A DNA stretch of 64,000 nucleotides from a virus (lineage: Duplodnaviria > Caudoviricetes), in IMG/VR virus record IMGVR_UViG_3300032167_000006, one strand, 5' to 3'. The position numbers and the translations under genes were made by a program. The notes below the pieces were generated by a model that ran no database searches, was not told the origin of the DNA, and worked only from the letters and a program-made list of their open reading frames with translations. Below, one piece after another: positions 11,135 through 21,909 of the stretch; within the stretch, counting starts at the first letter, position 1; each line of letters opens with the position of its first letter.

Positions 11135-12046
11135 ATGAAAGAAATAAATATAGAAAAATTACAAAGCTTAATTGATGACACATCATATGAAATTATTAAT
11201 TGGAATTATATGGTGACAAATTATTATTTACCTGAAGATTTATTAAATGCTATTATAAAAAATACTTCTAAAGGTCTGGACTTAATTAAATCAATACTAC
11301 AGCATCAAAAACTATCACAAGATTTTATTAAAAAATATATTAATGATTCTAATTATAGCTATAAAATATCATTAAATAAAAATTTATCTGAAGAACTGAT
11401 TACTGATCTTGATGATGCTAAAATTAATTGGGATAATTACTTTTCAACCCATAAATTATCTGAAGATTTTATTAGGAAATTTAAAGATAAAGTATCTTGG
11501 ACGACCATAATAAATACCCAGGATTTATCTGAAGATTTTCTTATGGAATTTAAAGATGAAATTAAATGGCATGATATTATTACAGAAGTATATAAAAATT
11601 TACCTAAAAATATTATTGAAAATATTAAGAATAATATAAAATGGGATGATATATTTTATTATACACTTACAGAATGGGATGAAATTAAAAAGTGTATGCC
11701 AAGTAAGCATGAAGACTTTATTAGAAAATTTCAAGACATGCCATTTAATTGGAAATATATTTTTATATTAGGTAGTTATAGTGGTTTTAATCTATCTAGT
11801 AAATTTATTAAAGAATTTCATAGTAAAGTTGGTTGGGCTTTTATAATTCCAAGATATAAACTAAGAGCAAATTTTATTAGAGAATTTAAAAATGAATTTA
11901 CATATAGCGATTTAAAATTACTACATCGCTATCAAAAAATGTCATCAGATCTTAAGTATGAATTGCATAAAACTATTAAACCACCTGCACCAGAAAACCC
12001 TTATGCTCCAAGACCAGCAAAACGAGCAGAAGATACTAATGCATAA
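11135..12046 (+). CDS. Tryptophan-repeat family protein
   Basis: LSEDFIRKFKDKVSW-type repeats, Pro-rich tail. Confidence 0.85.
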   Translation: MKEINIEKLQSLIDDTSYEIINWNYMVTNYYLPEDLLNAIIKNTSKGLDLIKSILQHQKLSQDFIKKYINDSNYSYKISLNKNLSEELITDLDDAKINWDNYFSTHKLSEDFIRKFKDKVSWTTIINTQDLSEDFLMEFKDEIKWHDIITEVYKNLPKNIIENIKNNIKWDDIFYYTLTEWDEIKKCMPSKHEDFIRKFQDMPFNWKYIFILGSYSGFNLSSKFIKEFHSKVGWAFIIPRYKLRANFIREFKNEFTYSDLKLLHRYQKMSSDLKYELHKTIKPPAPENPYAPRPAKRAEDTNA

Positions 12047-12110
12047 TTATGGATGGGCTGTAATTACAGCCCATCTAATTCCAATAAAGTATTTTATTTT
12101 TGCAAAAGGT

Positions 12111-12137
12111 TTGCCAGTAGGATAACCCTACTGGCAA
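12111..12137. terminator. Hairpin between convergent genes
   Basis: TTGCCAGTAGG / CCTACTGGCAA. Confidence 0.7.
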
Positions 12138-12229
12138 TTTCATCTTAATTATAAAATCATTTTATAATTTATTATAAAAGACAAAGAACCTTCTTATACA
12201 GTGTATAAAACTTTTTACTTTTACCTTTA

Positions 12230-12775
12230 TTATATTGTCAGTATTTTATTCTCATCAAATTGAACTTTTAGGCCTAAAACCATAGCATGATGAGCAATTG
12301 CCATCTTTTCAGCAGGAATATTGATATTATCATAGACAGAAATATCAACTCCGTCCTTTAATCCGGCATAGATTTCATAAAGCTGATCTTTATTATAACC
12401 AGCATTTACATACTTGGTTAAATCAAAACCTTCAGCCAATGCAGTAACAGCCCAGTTGGAAATCACATAAGGAATTTCAGGATTAAAATACGGATGCAAC
12501 TGTTCTGTGGTTAAACCATGGGAATAACCTGTAAGAAGAATCTGCATCTGAGTTGCATTAAGATCAGTATTAAGAAAACCAGTTGTCCAAATTTCTTGAT
12601 TTTCTTTAGCAGATGTAAATACTGATACTAAAAGTTGCAACTGCTCAGTATCAAAATTGCTAAGTACTTCTTCAGGTATTGCACAATTAACTATTAGATG
12701 TGTCGCATTTTCAATCCATCCTGATGAGTATTTAGGGTTATCCAAGAGTTTCAATTGTAAATTTTTTTGTTCCAT
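12230..12775 (-). CDS. Hypothetical helical-repeat protein
   Basis: Repeats such as NATQMQILLTGYSHGL and NKDQLYEIYAGLKDGVDISVY; AAGGAG SD. Confidence 0.7.
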   Translation of the reverse strand: MEQKNLQLKLLDNPKYSSGWIENATHLIVNCAIPEEVLSNFDTEQLQLLVSVFTSAKENQEIWTTGFLNTDLNATQMQILLTGYSHGLTTEQLHPYFNPEIPYVISNWAVTALAEGFDLTKYVNAGYNKDQLYEIYAGLKDGVDISVYDNINIPAEKMAIAHHAMVLGLKVQFDENKILTI

Positions 12776-12881
12776 TTTTGATAGTCTCCTTTCAATAGAT
12801 TTTATTATAAAGTAAAGTTTATTTTATATTTGTAATATTTTTCTTTTTATTTAATTTCCTCCATTTTGCTTAGGTTGGCGA

Positions 12882-12893
12882 AACATTACAATA
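12882..12893 (+). promoter_or_regulatory. AR9-like late promoter AACA-N6-TA
   Basis: AACA TTACAA TA, about 28 nt before the terminase ATG. Confidence 0.65.
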
Positions 12894-12920
12894 AAATCTA
12901 ACAAAAGGAGGTAAAATAAA

Positions 12921-15275
12921 ATGGCTTATAATCAGCCACCTAATATGATGGGTGCAGGTCCAGCCTACGGTAATATAATGCCAGGTAGAGCTGTGGTAAA
13001 TCCAGGTCAACCGCCCCCTCAGGCTATGCCTAGAAAAAGACCTCAACAAATAAGAACTATATATGCTCAAAAAACTACTAAAAATAAAAGTTTTTTAGAT
13101 ATGCATCATTATCTTAAATCTATTGGAATTAAGAATAATGAGTTCATGTTAACACTTATTGATCCAGATCTTGATGGAATAGATCCTCATGATCCTAATT
13201 TAAATTCATATTATAAACAAAAAGTATTGCGAGAATGCTTATGTAATTATTGGTATTTCATCAGAGAAGTAGTAAGAGTTCCTTCATCTGGTAAACCAAG
13301 AATGTATAAATTAACTAGAGCCAATCTTGCATTAAACTTTTGTATGTGTTTAAACCTTAATGTGTTTGAGGAAATTCCTCGTCAGCAAGGTAAGACTGTA
13401 TCTGTTGCGATTAGATTATTATATATTTATAATTTTGGCACTACAAACTCTAAGATGGCTTTCTTACATAAGAACATGGACGGTGCTAAGGATAACTTAC
13501 AGACTCTTAAAGATATTAGAGATACTTTACCTCCATACTTAATTATGAAAGAAAGAATGTTACCAGATGGTAAAGTAGATAAGGGTAAGAATAATACTAA
13601 TGAAATAGTAAACCCATTTAATAATAATGCTATTAAAGCATATGCTTCAGCTACTAATAAAGCTAAAGCGGCATCGTTACTTAGAGGTAAGACACTTACA
13701 CTCATGTGGTATGACGAGTATGGCTTCTTACCATATAATGATGTAATCTACATGAATGCAGCTCCTGCATTTAAGACAGCTTCTATGATAGCAAAACAAA
13801 ATGGTGCTCCGCATGGTATTGTTATAACAACAACACCTGGCTTTATGACAACTCCTGAAGGTCAGGAAGCTTACCATACTAAAGAGATGGCTACTAAATT
13901 TAGTGAATCTTGGTATGATAAGACTTATAATGAATTAATTAGTATTATTAATGCAAATACCAAATCAGACTTTATATATATTAAATACACATATCAGCAA
14001 TTAGGCTGTACTGAAGAATGGTTTAATGATGTATGTAAACTTCTTAAAAACTCATGGCCGGATATTCGAAGAGAAATCTTGCTTGAATGGGCTACTGGTG
14101 TTGAAAACTCACCATTTAAAGAAGAAGATCTTGACACAATCAGCGGTCTTTTACGACAGCCAATTAGCGAAGTTTACTTACTTGGTAAATATCGCTTTGA
14201 AACTTATCTCCAAGCAGATACTAGAACTTACCCTGCATTGATAGGTGTCGACGTATCTGGCGGTTATAAACAAGATAGCTCAACCATTACTGTAGTAGAC
14301 TCATTGTCAACCAAAGTACTTGGTTGTATGAACTGTAATTATATTAGTACTCTTGATTTGGCAAGATGTATTGAGTTTATTGTTAAGAATTGGATGCCTA
14401 ATGCTATCGTCAATGTAGAACGAAACGGTGGTTTCGGTGCTACTGTTATAGCTAAGCTTATGAAGATGGGTCTTAAGAGAAATCTTTATTATGAAATAAA
14501 AGATATTGTTGTTGAAGAACGACAAGATGGTGTTCATTCATATAAGCAAAAGGTTCGTACAAAAGTATATGGACTTACATCTACCAAAGCAATCAGACAA
14601 CTTCTTATTGATATATTACTTGAACGTGTAGAAAATCATAAAGATAAAATCATATCTCCAATTATCTATAATGAATTATTAGGTATGGAGATTAAGCGTA
14701 ATGGTAAGATAGAACACTCTGCTAGCACGCACGATGACCAGGTATTCTCAATGTTAATGGCTCTTTATATGTGGTATGAAGGCGTTAATATGGCCGAACG
14801 TTTTGGTATGAAAAAGACATCTATTAAAACTGATGATGAGATAGATGAGCAGATTGATTACTATAATGATGACACTGTAGAAATTGTAGAACACTTCAAT
14901 CAACAAGATGAATTACATGAAGAAATAGAAAAAGATCTACAATCTGCAATTGCTGCAGGCGGTACTAGAATGCAAGACTTTATAGAGCAACGTAGAGCTG
15001 AAGAAAAAGCTAAATTCGAAGCTCTTGTTACTACACCTTTGGGTGAAAAAGCATATAGACAGACTTATAATATTCCAGATAGTGTTCCATTAAGTAATTA
15101 TTTTAATGATGCCAATGGATTCACTGTACCTGATTCTGTATTATTAGGATTCTATGCTGATGGAAATGCTATATTTGATATGACGGAAAGAGTAAGTGTT
15201 TCTGTAGCATCTGATGATAATCTTGGAGCTTTAGAAGATGGAGAATATAGATACCAGGATCACTTTAATTTCTAA
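12921..15275 (+). CDS. terL: Terminase large subunit
   Basis: Walker A PRQQGKT, Walker B WYDE, coupling motif ITTTP, RNase H-fold IGVDVSGG and HDDQV. Confidence 0.92.
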   Translation: MAYNQPPNMMGAGPAYGNIMPGRAVVNPGQPPPQAMPRKRPQQIRTIYAQKTTKNKSFLDMHHYLKSIGIKNNEFMLTLIDPDLDGIDPHDPNLNSYYKQKVLRECLCNYWYFIREVVRVPSSGKPRMYKLTRANLALNFCMCLNLNVFEEIPRQQGKTVSVAIRLLYIYNFGTTNSKMAFLHKNMDGAKDNLQTLKDIRDTLPPYLIMKERMLPDGKVDKGKNNTNEIVNPFNNNAIKAYASATNKAKAASLLRGKTLTLMWYDEYGFLPYNDVIYMNAAPAFKTASMIAKQNGAPHGIVITTTPGFMTTPEGQEAYHTKEMATKFSESWYDKTYNELISIINANTKSDFIYIKYTYQQLGCTEEWFNDVCKLLKNSWPDIRREILLEWATGVENSPFKEEDLDTISGLLRQPISEVYLLGKYRFETYLQADTRTYPALIGVDVSGGYKQDSSTITVVDSLSTKVLGCMNCNYISTLDLARCIEFIVKNWMPNAIVNVERNGGFGATVIAKLMKMGLKRNLYYEIKDIVVEERQDGVHSYKQKVRTKVYGLTSTKAIRQLLIDILLERVENHKDKIISPIIYNELLGMEIKRNGKIEHSASTHDDQVFSMLMALYMWYEGVNMAERFGMKKTSIKTDDEIDEQIDYYNDDTVEIVEHFNQQDELHEEIEKDLQSAIAAGGTRMQDFIEQRRAEEKAKFEALVTTPLGEKAYRQTYNIPDSVPLSNYFNDANGFTVPDSVLLGFYADGNAIFDMTERVSVSVASDDNLGALEDGEYRYQDHFNF

Positions 15276-15289
15276 TTAAAATACTTTAT

Positions 15290-15313
15290 TAGAGGAGGAT
15301 AATTCCTCCTCTA
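15290..15313 (+). terminator. Intrinsic terminator hairpin
   Basis: TAGAGGAGGA / TCCTCCTCTA plus T tract. Confidence 0.7.
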
Positions 15314-15381
15314 TTATTTTTTGAATTTTATATAAAAAAGTACAAGTATATAAAATATAAATTTAAGGAGGTACCCTTTAT

Positions 15382-16185
15382 ATGAATATGGGAAGTGTTG
15401 AGCCATATCGTATTAATAATGAGTATAATATTAGTGAAATTTTAGCTCATTTTGGCTCTGAATATACAATGCATGCTCTTGAAGATAAGTTAGATCATAT
15501 AGATTATACTTCATCACTTATCGAACCTAATTTTGTTAGTGCTTATGAAAATAATTTTAAACTTATGGAAGAAGAATATCCTGGAGATAGTTTAAATATC
15601 AGATCAGTGCGAGAAGAAGTATATAGAGATATTATTAATCTTTTATGTAAAAAATTTAATTTATCTTTTAATAGTGCAGATGATACAATTGATTTATACA
15701 CAGCAGCATATTATTTGTATGATTTCTTAGTTTGTAATAGAAATAATATTATGGTTAATTTCTTTACAGCATTTATTATAAATAATAAAGATACTCTATA
15801 TAATATTTTAACACAAGAGGACTTAAAAAAGAATAAAGATAGTTCTTCAGCATACGGAAAAAGAGTTTATGTTGATCCTAAATATATTGCAATTAGTGCA
15901 AACATTCCTAGAATTATAAACTATATTAGCACATTTGATATTCAGCTTAATAATATTTTCCAAAGCACATATGTAGATTTTAATATAGTGCAATTTCTTG
16001 ATAATGCATTTGCTGACAATGGTAATTTCTTTAAAGATTATTATTGTAGCGTTGTAAATAATATAGAAATGGCACCAATTATTATTATAAATATAAGACT
16101 TGCATTACAACGTCTTGTTGGAGATATTAGTGCATCACATATTGATGAGCTTATAACATCAGATACAATAGAAGAAAATAAATAA
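15382..16185 (+). CDS. Hypothetical protein (late cluster)
   Basis: 267 aa, AGGAGG SD, TACA-N6-TA at 15341-15352. Confidence 0.8.
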   Translation: MNMGSVEPYRINNEYNISEILAHFGSEYTMHALEDKLDHIDYTSSLIEPNFVSAYENNFKLMEEEYPGDSLNIRSVREEVYRDIINLLCKKFNLSFNSADDTIDLYTAAYYLYDFLVCNRNNIMVNFFTAFIINNKDTLYNILTQEDLKKNKDSSSAYGKRVYVDPKYIAISANIPRIINYISTFDIQLNNIFQSTYVDFNIVQFLDNAFADNGNFFKDYYCSVVNNIEMAPIIIINIRLALQRLVGDISASHIDELITSDTIEENK

Positions 16186-16208
16186 ATTATTTTAAGGAGA
16201 ATAATTTT

Positions 16209-17246
16209 ATGAACGAAGAAATTAAAAATGAAGAAGTAAATACAACTCTTACAGATGAACAGGTTCACCATATTTATACTGAATTATCTGATGTAGATAA
16301 AGAAAGTATGGATAATTTAGCAGCTGCTAAAAAAGAAACAGAGGAAACTGTTTATACATCAGAGGATAATACTGAAATAACTGAAGAATTTATATCTGGA
16401 GTTACTATATCTGAAGTTGAAGACATTAAAGAAAATGAAGAAGATGTAAAAGATGCTCTTAGTGGATATGATTTAGATAATGAATCTATGATGCAAATGC
16501 TAAATCTTATCAATGATTATAAAGCCGGTAAACAAACTAATTTATATTCTAAATTACCTGAATCTTTTAAGAAACTTGTTGATAATATGGTAGCAAGTGA
16601 AAATGTACCTAAAAATCAAAAAGTAGCAATGAGAAATGAAGCAGCTAAAATACTTATAGATAGCTTTATTAATGATGCTAAAATGTCAGCCACTATAGAT
16701 GAATTTTCCGCAGAATTAAACACTGCCATATGTGAAATGAATTCAGAATATGATAAAATGATTTCAGATGCAATGGATGAAACATTTAGCAAAATAGAAG
16801 AAATCAGAGCAGAAGATCCAGAACAAGCTGAAAAATTGGAATCGATTAAAAATGCATTTGATAATGCTTTAACATTTGACAAACAGCTTGAATGGATTAA
16901 AATGATGCCAGCAAATGCTCTTAAAAAACTAGCAGATAAAGAGTACAGTAATTACGTTAGACAATTCAACACAAGAGTAAATAACAATACTTTTGGAGTT
17001 ACAATTCCCGATGTTAGTGAACTTCTTCCTATAATTAAAGCTGCTTTTGATGGTAAATATAGTGGTAATACTATTAAAAAGTTTATATTAGCAATATGCA
17101 GAACTTCTGCTAATCCTAATGATCTTGCTGGTACTGCATATAATTATAGAATAGTTTCTAGTATTTACAGATATAAGTTTACAGCAATAGACGAGAAAGG
17201 TGAAATTATCTTTAGGAATATCTCCAAGGTTATTGAAGAAATCTAG
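16209..17246 (+). CDS. Hypothetical acidic helical protein (late cluster)
   Basis: 345 aa, AAGGAG SD. Confidence 0.8.
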   Translation: MNEEIKNEEVNTTLTDEQVHHIYTELSDVDKESMDNLAAAKKETEETVYTSEDNTEITEEFISGVTISEVEDIKENEEDVKDALSGYDLDNESMMQMLNLINDYKAGKQTNLYSKLPESFKKLVDNMVASENVPKNQKVAMRNEAAKILIDSFINDAKMSATIDEFSAELNTAICEMNSEYDKMISDAMDETFSKIEEIRAEDPEQAEKLESIKNAFDNALTFDKQLEWIKMMPANALKKLADKEYSNYVRQFNTRVNNNTFGVTIPDVSELLPIIKAAFDGKYSGNTIKKFILAICRTSANPNDLAGTAYNYRIVSSIYRYKFTAIDEKGEIIFRNISKVIEEI

Positions 17247-17262
17247 GGAGGTAACTTAGTAT

Positions 17263-18102
17263 ATGTATAGTCATATTATAAATGGTCATTACATGTTTGG
17301 TAATACATTTATTCAACCAGAAATGTATAGATACAATAAAATTCGCCATCATTATATGGCACCTGCTAAAAGGCCTATGCCGCCATATCCTGATATGGTT
17401 AATAGACCAATTCAATGCCCTAATGCAGGTGCAGCTGGATGCTGTTTGGCATATGAGGATAATGGTACTAAAGTAGATGCACCATATACAGATTCTAATA
17501 AAGACGGTGCTAATAAATGTGCTGATTGTAAAGATTGTCCATTCTCATCAGATGGCATCATAAGAGATCCTTTATTAACAAATTTAGTTAATATAGAAAC
17601 TTCTGTAGTGAAGACTCTTAAAATTACTTTATATGGAACTTCAACAGAACAGGATAAAACTATTGAGATGAAAACAGGTGGTCGTTACGCTGTTACATAT
17701 ATAACTGAACATGGCCTTGTAACATCTGTAGGATATCTTGAATTGATTAGCGATAGCGTTCCAGACGAATGCACTAGATATATTAATACTACTAATGCAG
17801 CAGCTGTATCTACAGCTTATATAGGAATGGATTGTTCTACTGAAGGGCATTCTGATAAAAGAAAGATTTATATATCTACTATAAGATCTATACAAGTTCT
17901 TGCTGAAGGTGAAGAGCCGGAAACTCCAGAAGTTAAATCAATGAGAGAAAGACTTCAATCATTATTAGATGCTATAGAAAAAGGCGAATTAGTATTCTGT
18001 GATGATAATTGCGGTGTTGGAACTGAAGAAATTAAACCATCAGATCCTGAAGACAATTATGATGATGGCGATGATGGTTTTGATGTTGAAATTATAGGAT
18101 AA
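17263..18102 (+). CDS. Hypothetical protein, Cys-rich N-part and acidic tail
   Basis: 279 aa, GGGAGG SD. Confidence 0.75.
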   Translation: MYSHIINGHYMFGNTFIQPEMYRYNKIRHHYMAPAKRPMPPYPDMVNRPIQCPNAGAAGCCLAYEDNGTKVDAPYTDSNKDGANKCADCKDCPFSSDGIIRDPLLTNLVNIETSVVKTLKITLYGTSTEQDKTIEMKTGGRYAVTYITEHGLVTSVGYLELISDSVPDECTRYINTTNAAAVSTAYIGMDCSTEGHSDKRKIYISTIRSIQVLAEGEEPETPEVKSMRERLQSLLDAIEKGELVFCDDNCGVGTEEIKPSDPEDNYDDGDDGFDVEIIG

Positions 18103-18105
18103 ATA

Positions 18106-18135
18106 TAACCCATAGGGATCACTCCCTATGGGTTA
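18106..18135 (+). terminator. Intrinsic terminator hairpin
   Basis: TAACCCATAGGGA / TCCCTATGGGTTA. Confidence 0.75.
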
Positions 18136-18178
18136 AAATTTCGGACTTTAAAATAAATATAAGAGGAGGTGCTATGCC

Positions 18179-18889
18179 ATGGATTTTTTTAAAACTGTTA
18201 AAGATAAAGTTATATTTAGCGGAGATGGCGAGTTAATTTACTATGTTCCTGAGAAGTATTTTGAAATTAAAGCGGCTGAAGCTGTAGGTGAACGAATTGG
18301 CACAATAGGTATATTTACATATGCTGTATTTGATAAAAATGGTAAAAGACTATTATTAAAACCATTTAATTGCCCTACAATGATAGAATGTATTCCAAAT
18401 TCTATAACTAAAGAAGCTAATTATACTTTAGAAGGTACAAAAGAACCTAAAGCATACAGATTACTTCATTTTAAAAATGGCGATGAATTAATTTGTTCCA
18501 CACAAATACCTGTAGATTTTGCAGTATTGGAAAAGTTTATTAATATATTCAAACGTGGTAATTTACCAGAGAATATTCCTTATAATCAAATACAAGATTA
18601 CATACTTAAAAATGCAGAATTATGTAAATTTGATTATAAAGTATCAGCTCAAATTATAGGTATGGTTATATCTGAAATATACCGTAGTGAAAGTGATCTT
18701 AGTAAGCCATTTCGTATTGCTGATACAAATGATATGCTAGCATACAAAGCAATTTCTATAGATAAGGTTCCAAAGTACACTTCTGCGTTTACTGCGGTAA
18801 CCTCTGATAACGCAGATGAAGCTATTGCAGCTGCTATGACATCTAAGACTCATAAGGATTCTCCATTAGAGAAGATAGTCATGGTATAG
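18179..18889 (+). CDS. Hypothetical protein, probably structural (adjacent to sheath)
   Basis: 236 aa, GAGGAGG SD; genomic context only. Confidence 0.7.
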   Translation: MDFFKTVKDKVIFSGDGELIYYVPEKYFEIKAAEAVGERIGTIGIFTYAVFDKNGKRLLLKPFNCPTMIECIPNSITKEANYTLEGTKEPKAYRLLHFKNGDELICSTQIPVDFAVLEKFINIFKRGNLPENIPYNQIQDYILKNAELCKFDYKVSAQIIGMVISEIYRSESDLSKPFRIADTNDMLAYKAISIDKVPKYTSAFTAVTSDNADEAIAAAMTSKTHKDSPLEKIVMV

Positions 18890-18900
18890 CGGCTTTTATA

Positions 18901-18912
18901 AACATATCAGTA
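18901..18912 (+). promoter_or_regulatory. AR9-like late promoter AACA-N6-TA
   Basis: AACA TATCAG TA upstream of the tail sheath gene. Confidence 0.65.
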
Positions 18913-18974
18913 AAGCTAACGCTTTAGTTTATTTATAAATAAATTAAAAACAACTATAAGGAGGTAATACCAAT

Positions 18975-20873
18975 ATGAAGGGTTATCCTAAATCTCGTTT
19001 TGAGATTGTTAATCAGTTACAAACTCAGACTATAGATACCACAGCTTCAGGTAATAATATTGCTTTGTATATGCAGCTTTATACAAGTGATAAAGGTTCT
19101 GAAGGTTGGGAATTATTAACTGGATTTGATGGATTTACAAAAACCAAAGGTGGTATGAGTTTTGCTAAGCATGGTCAGGCACAGCTTACTGTAGCTCAGG
19201 CACTTAGAAGCGGAGCCTATGTTTTAGGTAAACGTTTAGTTAGTGACGATGCAGCTCTTGCTAATGTTACTGTTATGGCCAGAGTAGTAAAAACTAGCAA
19301 ACTTGAAATTGGCGACGGTACTGCAACTAATAAAGGCGATACATCAAATGTTTATTTCTATACAACTTCTGTTGCAGGTTGTACAGATTTTGAAAAAGCT
19401 TGTGAAGATGGTGTAAAGGGTAAGAAAGATGTTAATGACATTCCGTTACTTACTATTACCGCAATGGGTCGTGGTGTAAGTGCAGCTAGCATTCGTATTG
19501 CTCCAGAATATTCTGTATCTAGAAATAGAGGCAATGCAAATTATGCTAAATATTCATTTGAAGTAATTGAAAATAATGAAACACTTGAAAACATCATCGT
19601 TTCAATGAATCCCGACATCATTACAAATGGTGCAGCTCAAGGCTTTAATCCTAAAATTAGAGCTAATTCTAATCAGGTTCGTGTTAAATTATATGATGAG
19701 GGAGTATACGCTTTAGTTTCAAAACTTGCTGAAACAGCTGTAGACGCTAATGGCGAAAGCATCCCTGTTGCAGGTTTAATCAATCTTGATTTTATTAATG
19801 GTTGTGATCTTAAGGGCAATCTTATTTCTGGTATTGCAACAGCTGGAGAAGAACATAGTGTATGGGAAAGCAATAGACCCGAAGATATCATAGATGTTTT
19901 ATGTGATTTATCAGCTATTACAGGTATTCAATTAAAGAATGGTTCATATGGTGCAATGGGTAGTGTTCCTATGAACAACACTGATGAAATTGAAAAACTT
20001 ATGCTTGAAGCTATCACACCACCCGCAGATCGTGAAAATTCAAAATTTGATACAATTATATATGATTTAGATGCATATAAAATTGATTGTACCTTTGACT
20101 GCGCATGGTCTAATAAAGTTAAAAACGCTATTATCGATCTCATTGATTTTAGAGGCGATATGGTATTCTTAACTGACTTGGGTAAAGAAGCAAATTCACT
20201 TTATGGTATTAAAGAAATTGTTACTGGATATAGAGAAGGAGATGAGACTTCTGGTATTAAACCCAGCAATAACTCAGTTCTTTACCACAACTATTTCAAT
20301 ATTATTGATCCTTTCTCAAAGAAAGAAATCACTGTAACAATGCCCTATCTTCTCATTGATAAAATGACAAATCATATTGCTAAGGGTGTAGGTCGTCCGT
20401 TTGCAGGCATTGCTAATAACATCGTATTCGATGGTATTATTGAAAATTCTGTAAACTTCTTCCCCGTATCAATTCCTGGTCTTGATGAGAAACAAGAGCT
20501 TGTAGAAATGAATGTAAACTATCTTAGTTTATATGATGGTGTTCCTGTAATGGAGACCATGTATGTAAATGATACAACATACTCACAGTTATCTTACTTG
20601 CATAATATCATGCTCGTTCAGGATGTTATTAAAACTATCCGTACTAAATGCCCTCAGACTCGTTATACATTCCTTGATGGTGACGATTTAGAGACATATA
20701 TTTCTGACGTTCAGGCAATTGTTAGAGAATATAGTTCTTCGTTTAAGAGCATTTCTTGCGAATATATGGCTGACGAGAGATATGAGCAGAATAATATATT
20801 CTATGCAGTACTTAAAGTACAGTTCAAGAACTTCATTCAGGAAGAGTACTTTAAGATTATTGCTATTTCTTAA
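18975..20873 (+). CDS. Contractile tail sheath protein
   Basis: 632 aa, N-terminal YP-S-F-I, sheath-like C-domain (LSYLHNIMLV...YTFLD...VLKVQFKNFIQEEYFKII), followed by a tube-sized gene. Confidence 0.75.
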   Translation: MKGYPKSRFEIVNQLQTQTIDTTASGNNIALYMQLYTSDKGSEGWELLTGFDGFTKTKGGMSFAKHGQAQLTVAQALRSGAYVLGKRLVSDDAALANVTVMARVVKTSKLEIGDGTATNKGDTSNVYFYTTSVAGCTDFEKACEDGVKGKKDVNDIPLLTITAMGRGVSAASIRIAPEYSVSRNRGNANYAKYSFEVIENNETLENIIVSMNPDIITNGAAQGFNPKIRANSNQVRVKLYDEGVYALVSKLAETAVDANGESIPVAGLINLDFINGCDLKGNLISGIATAGEEHSVWESNRPEDIIDVLCDLSAITGIQLKNGSYGAMGSVPMNNTDEIEKLMLEAITPPADRENSKFDTIIYDLDAYKIDCTFDCAWSNKVKNAIIDLIDFRGDMVFLTDLGKEANSLYGIKEIVTGYREGDETSGIKPSNNSVLYHNYFNIIDPFSKKEITVTMPYLLIDKMTNHIAKGVGRPFAGIANNIVFDGIIENSVNFFPVSIPGLDEKQELVEMNVNYLSLYDGVPVMETMYVNDTTYSQLSYLHNIMLVQDVIKTIRTKCPQTRYTFLDGDDLETYISDVQAIVREYSSSFKSISCEYMADERYEQNNIFYAVLKVQFKNFIQEEYFKIIAIS

Positions 20874-20887
20874 GGAGGTGAACGAAT

Positions 20888-21850
20888 ATGGCTATTAAAA
20901 GAGATTGGACAGTAACAAACCCTGCAAATGCGAATGTTATGGATCAGAATAAGAAAGTAAGTTCATTATTTGAAAATACTAAAGATTTTAAAGATGTGAC
21001 TACTTATCGTCTTATGAGAGGTGTTCCGGACTTTGGCTCTCTCGTTCAGTTTAATCCTTATGAAACTGGTTATGCTGCATTCATTATTTGTCAGATTCCT
21101 AAATTCATGGAGAAATTGGCATCTAAGGATGCAAACTATAATAAGTTAGTTAATAACTGGGCTCATATTATCGAATATGAATTCAAGAGCTTTGATGGTC
21201 TTGATAACCTTTCTGCAGATACTATTACTCTTGGCGATGAGTTAAATAGCATTAACGTAATTTCTAGAATTAATGGTATGAATGCTGCAGAGTTTACTCT
21301 TGGTTATGAAGAGAAATCTGGTAGTCCTCTTACAAAGTTTGCTAAATTATATCTTACTGGTATTAAGGATCCTCGTACTCAGGTTAAAACTTACCATGGT
21401 TTAATTCACTCTGGTGAGATGGAGCCTGGTTTCGAAAACGAAGTATTTACATTCCTCTTTATCAATACAGATAACACAATGCGTAAAGTTGAAGCTGCAT
21501 ACCTTCTCTTAGGTTGTCAGTTAAACTCTGCTGACCTTGATATGTATAACTACACCAAGGGTGATATCGGTAAGAGAGATGTTAACGTTAAGTTTAGTGG
21601 ATATCCTGTACAGTCTACTAAGATTGATAAAGCTGCTCAGGCTATGTTAGATTATCTTCTTAGCGCTGAAGCTGGAGCTCGTCAGATTATCGTTAATAGC
21701 GATGAATACAATTACACCGGTATTAATGAAATTGGCAAGACTCTTGATAGATACGCTGGTACTGGCAGAGCTAAAGATCTTGGTATCGAAGTAACTGGCA
21801 CAGAGTATGATGTTGCAACATACACTGGTGTTGAAGCTATTACTGAGTAA
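20888..21850 (+). CDS. Tail tube / major tail structural protein
   Basis: Directly downstream of the sheath; beta-rich, EFTLGYEEKSGSP and VNVKFSGYP segments typical of jumbo-phage tube proteins. Confidence 0.6.
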   Translation: MAIKRDWTVTNPANANVMDQNKKVSSLFENTKDFKDVTTYRLMRGVPDFGSLVQFNPYETGYAAFIICQIPKFMEKLASKDANYNKLVNNWAHIIEYEFKSFDGLDNLSADTITLGDELNSINVISRINGMNAAEFTLGYEEKSGSPLTKFAKLYLTGIKDPRTQVKTYHGLIHSGEMEPGFENEVFTFLFINTDNTMRKVEAAYLLLGCQLNSADLDMYNYTKGDIGKRDVNVKFSGYPVQSTKIDKAAQAMLDYLLSAEAGARQIIVNSDEYNYTGINEIGKTLDRYAGTGRAKDLGIEVTGTEYDVATYTGVEAITE

Positions 21851-21873
21851 TTTACTAAAATTATATAAATTAT

Positions 21874-21899
21874 TCCCCATGGGAGCAATCCCATGGGGA
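21874..21899. terminator. Bidirectional terminator
   Basis: TCCCCATGGGA / TCCCATGGGGA between convergent tube and portal genes. Confidence 0.75.
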
Positions 21900-21909
21900 T
21901 ATATTTTCT

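Noticed and set aside
19268-19295. Tag-like VMARVVK in the tail sheath (and DTVEIV in terminase)
   Set aside because: Internal, imperfect matches; the sheath one is probably a core strand. Not counted, but recorded as a caveat for the motif's specificity.
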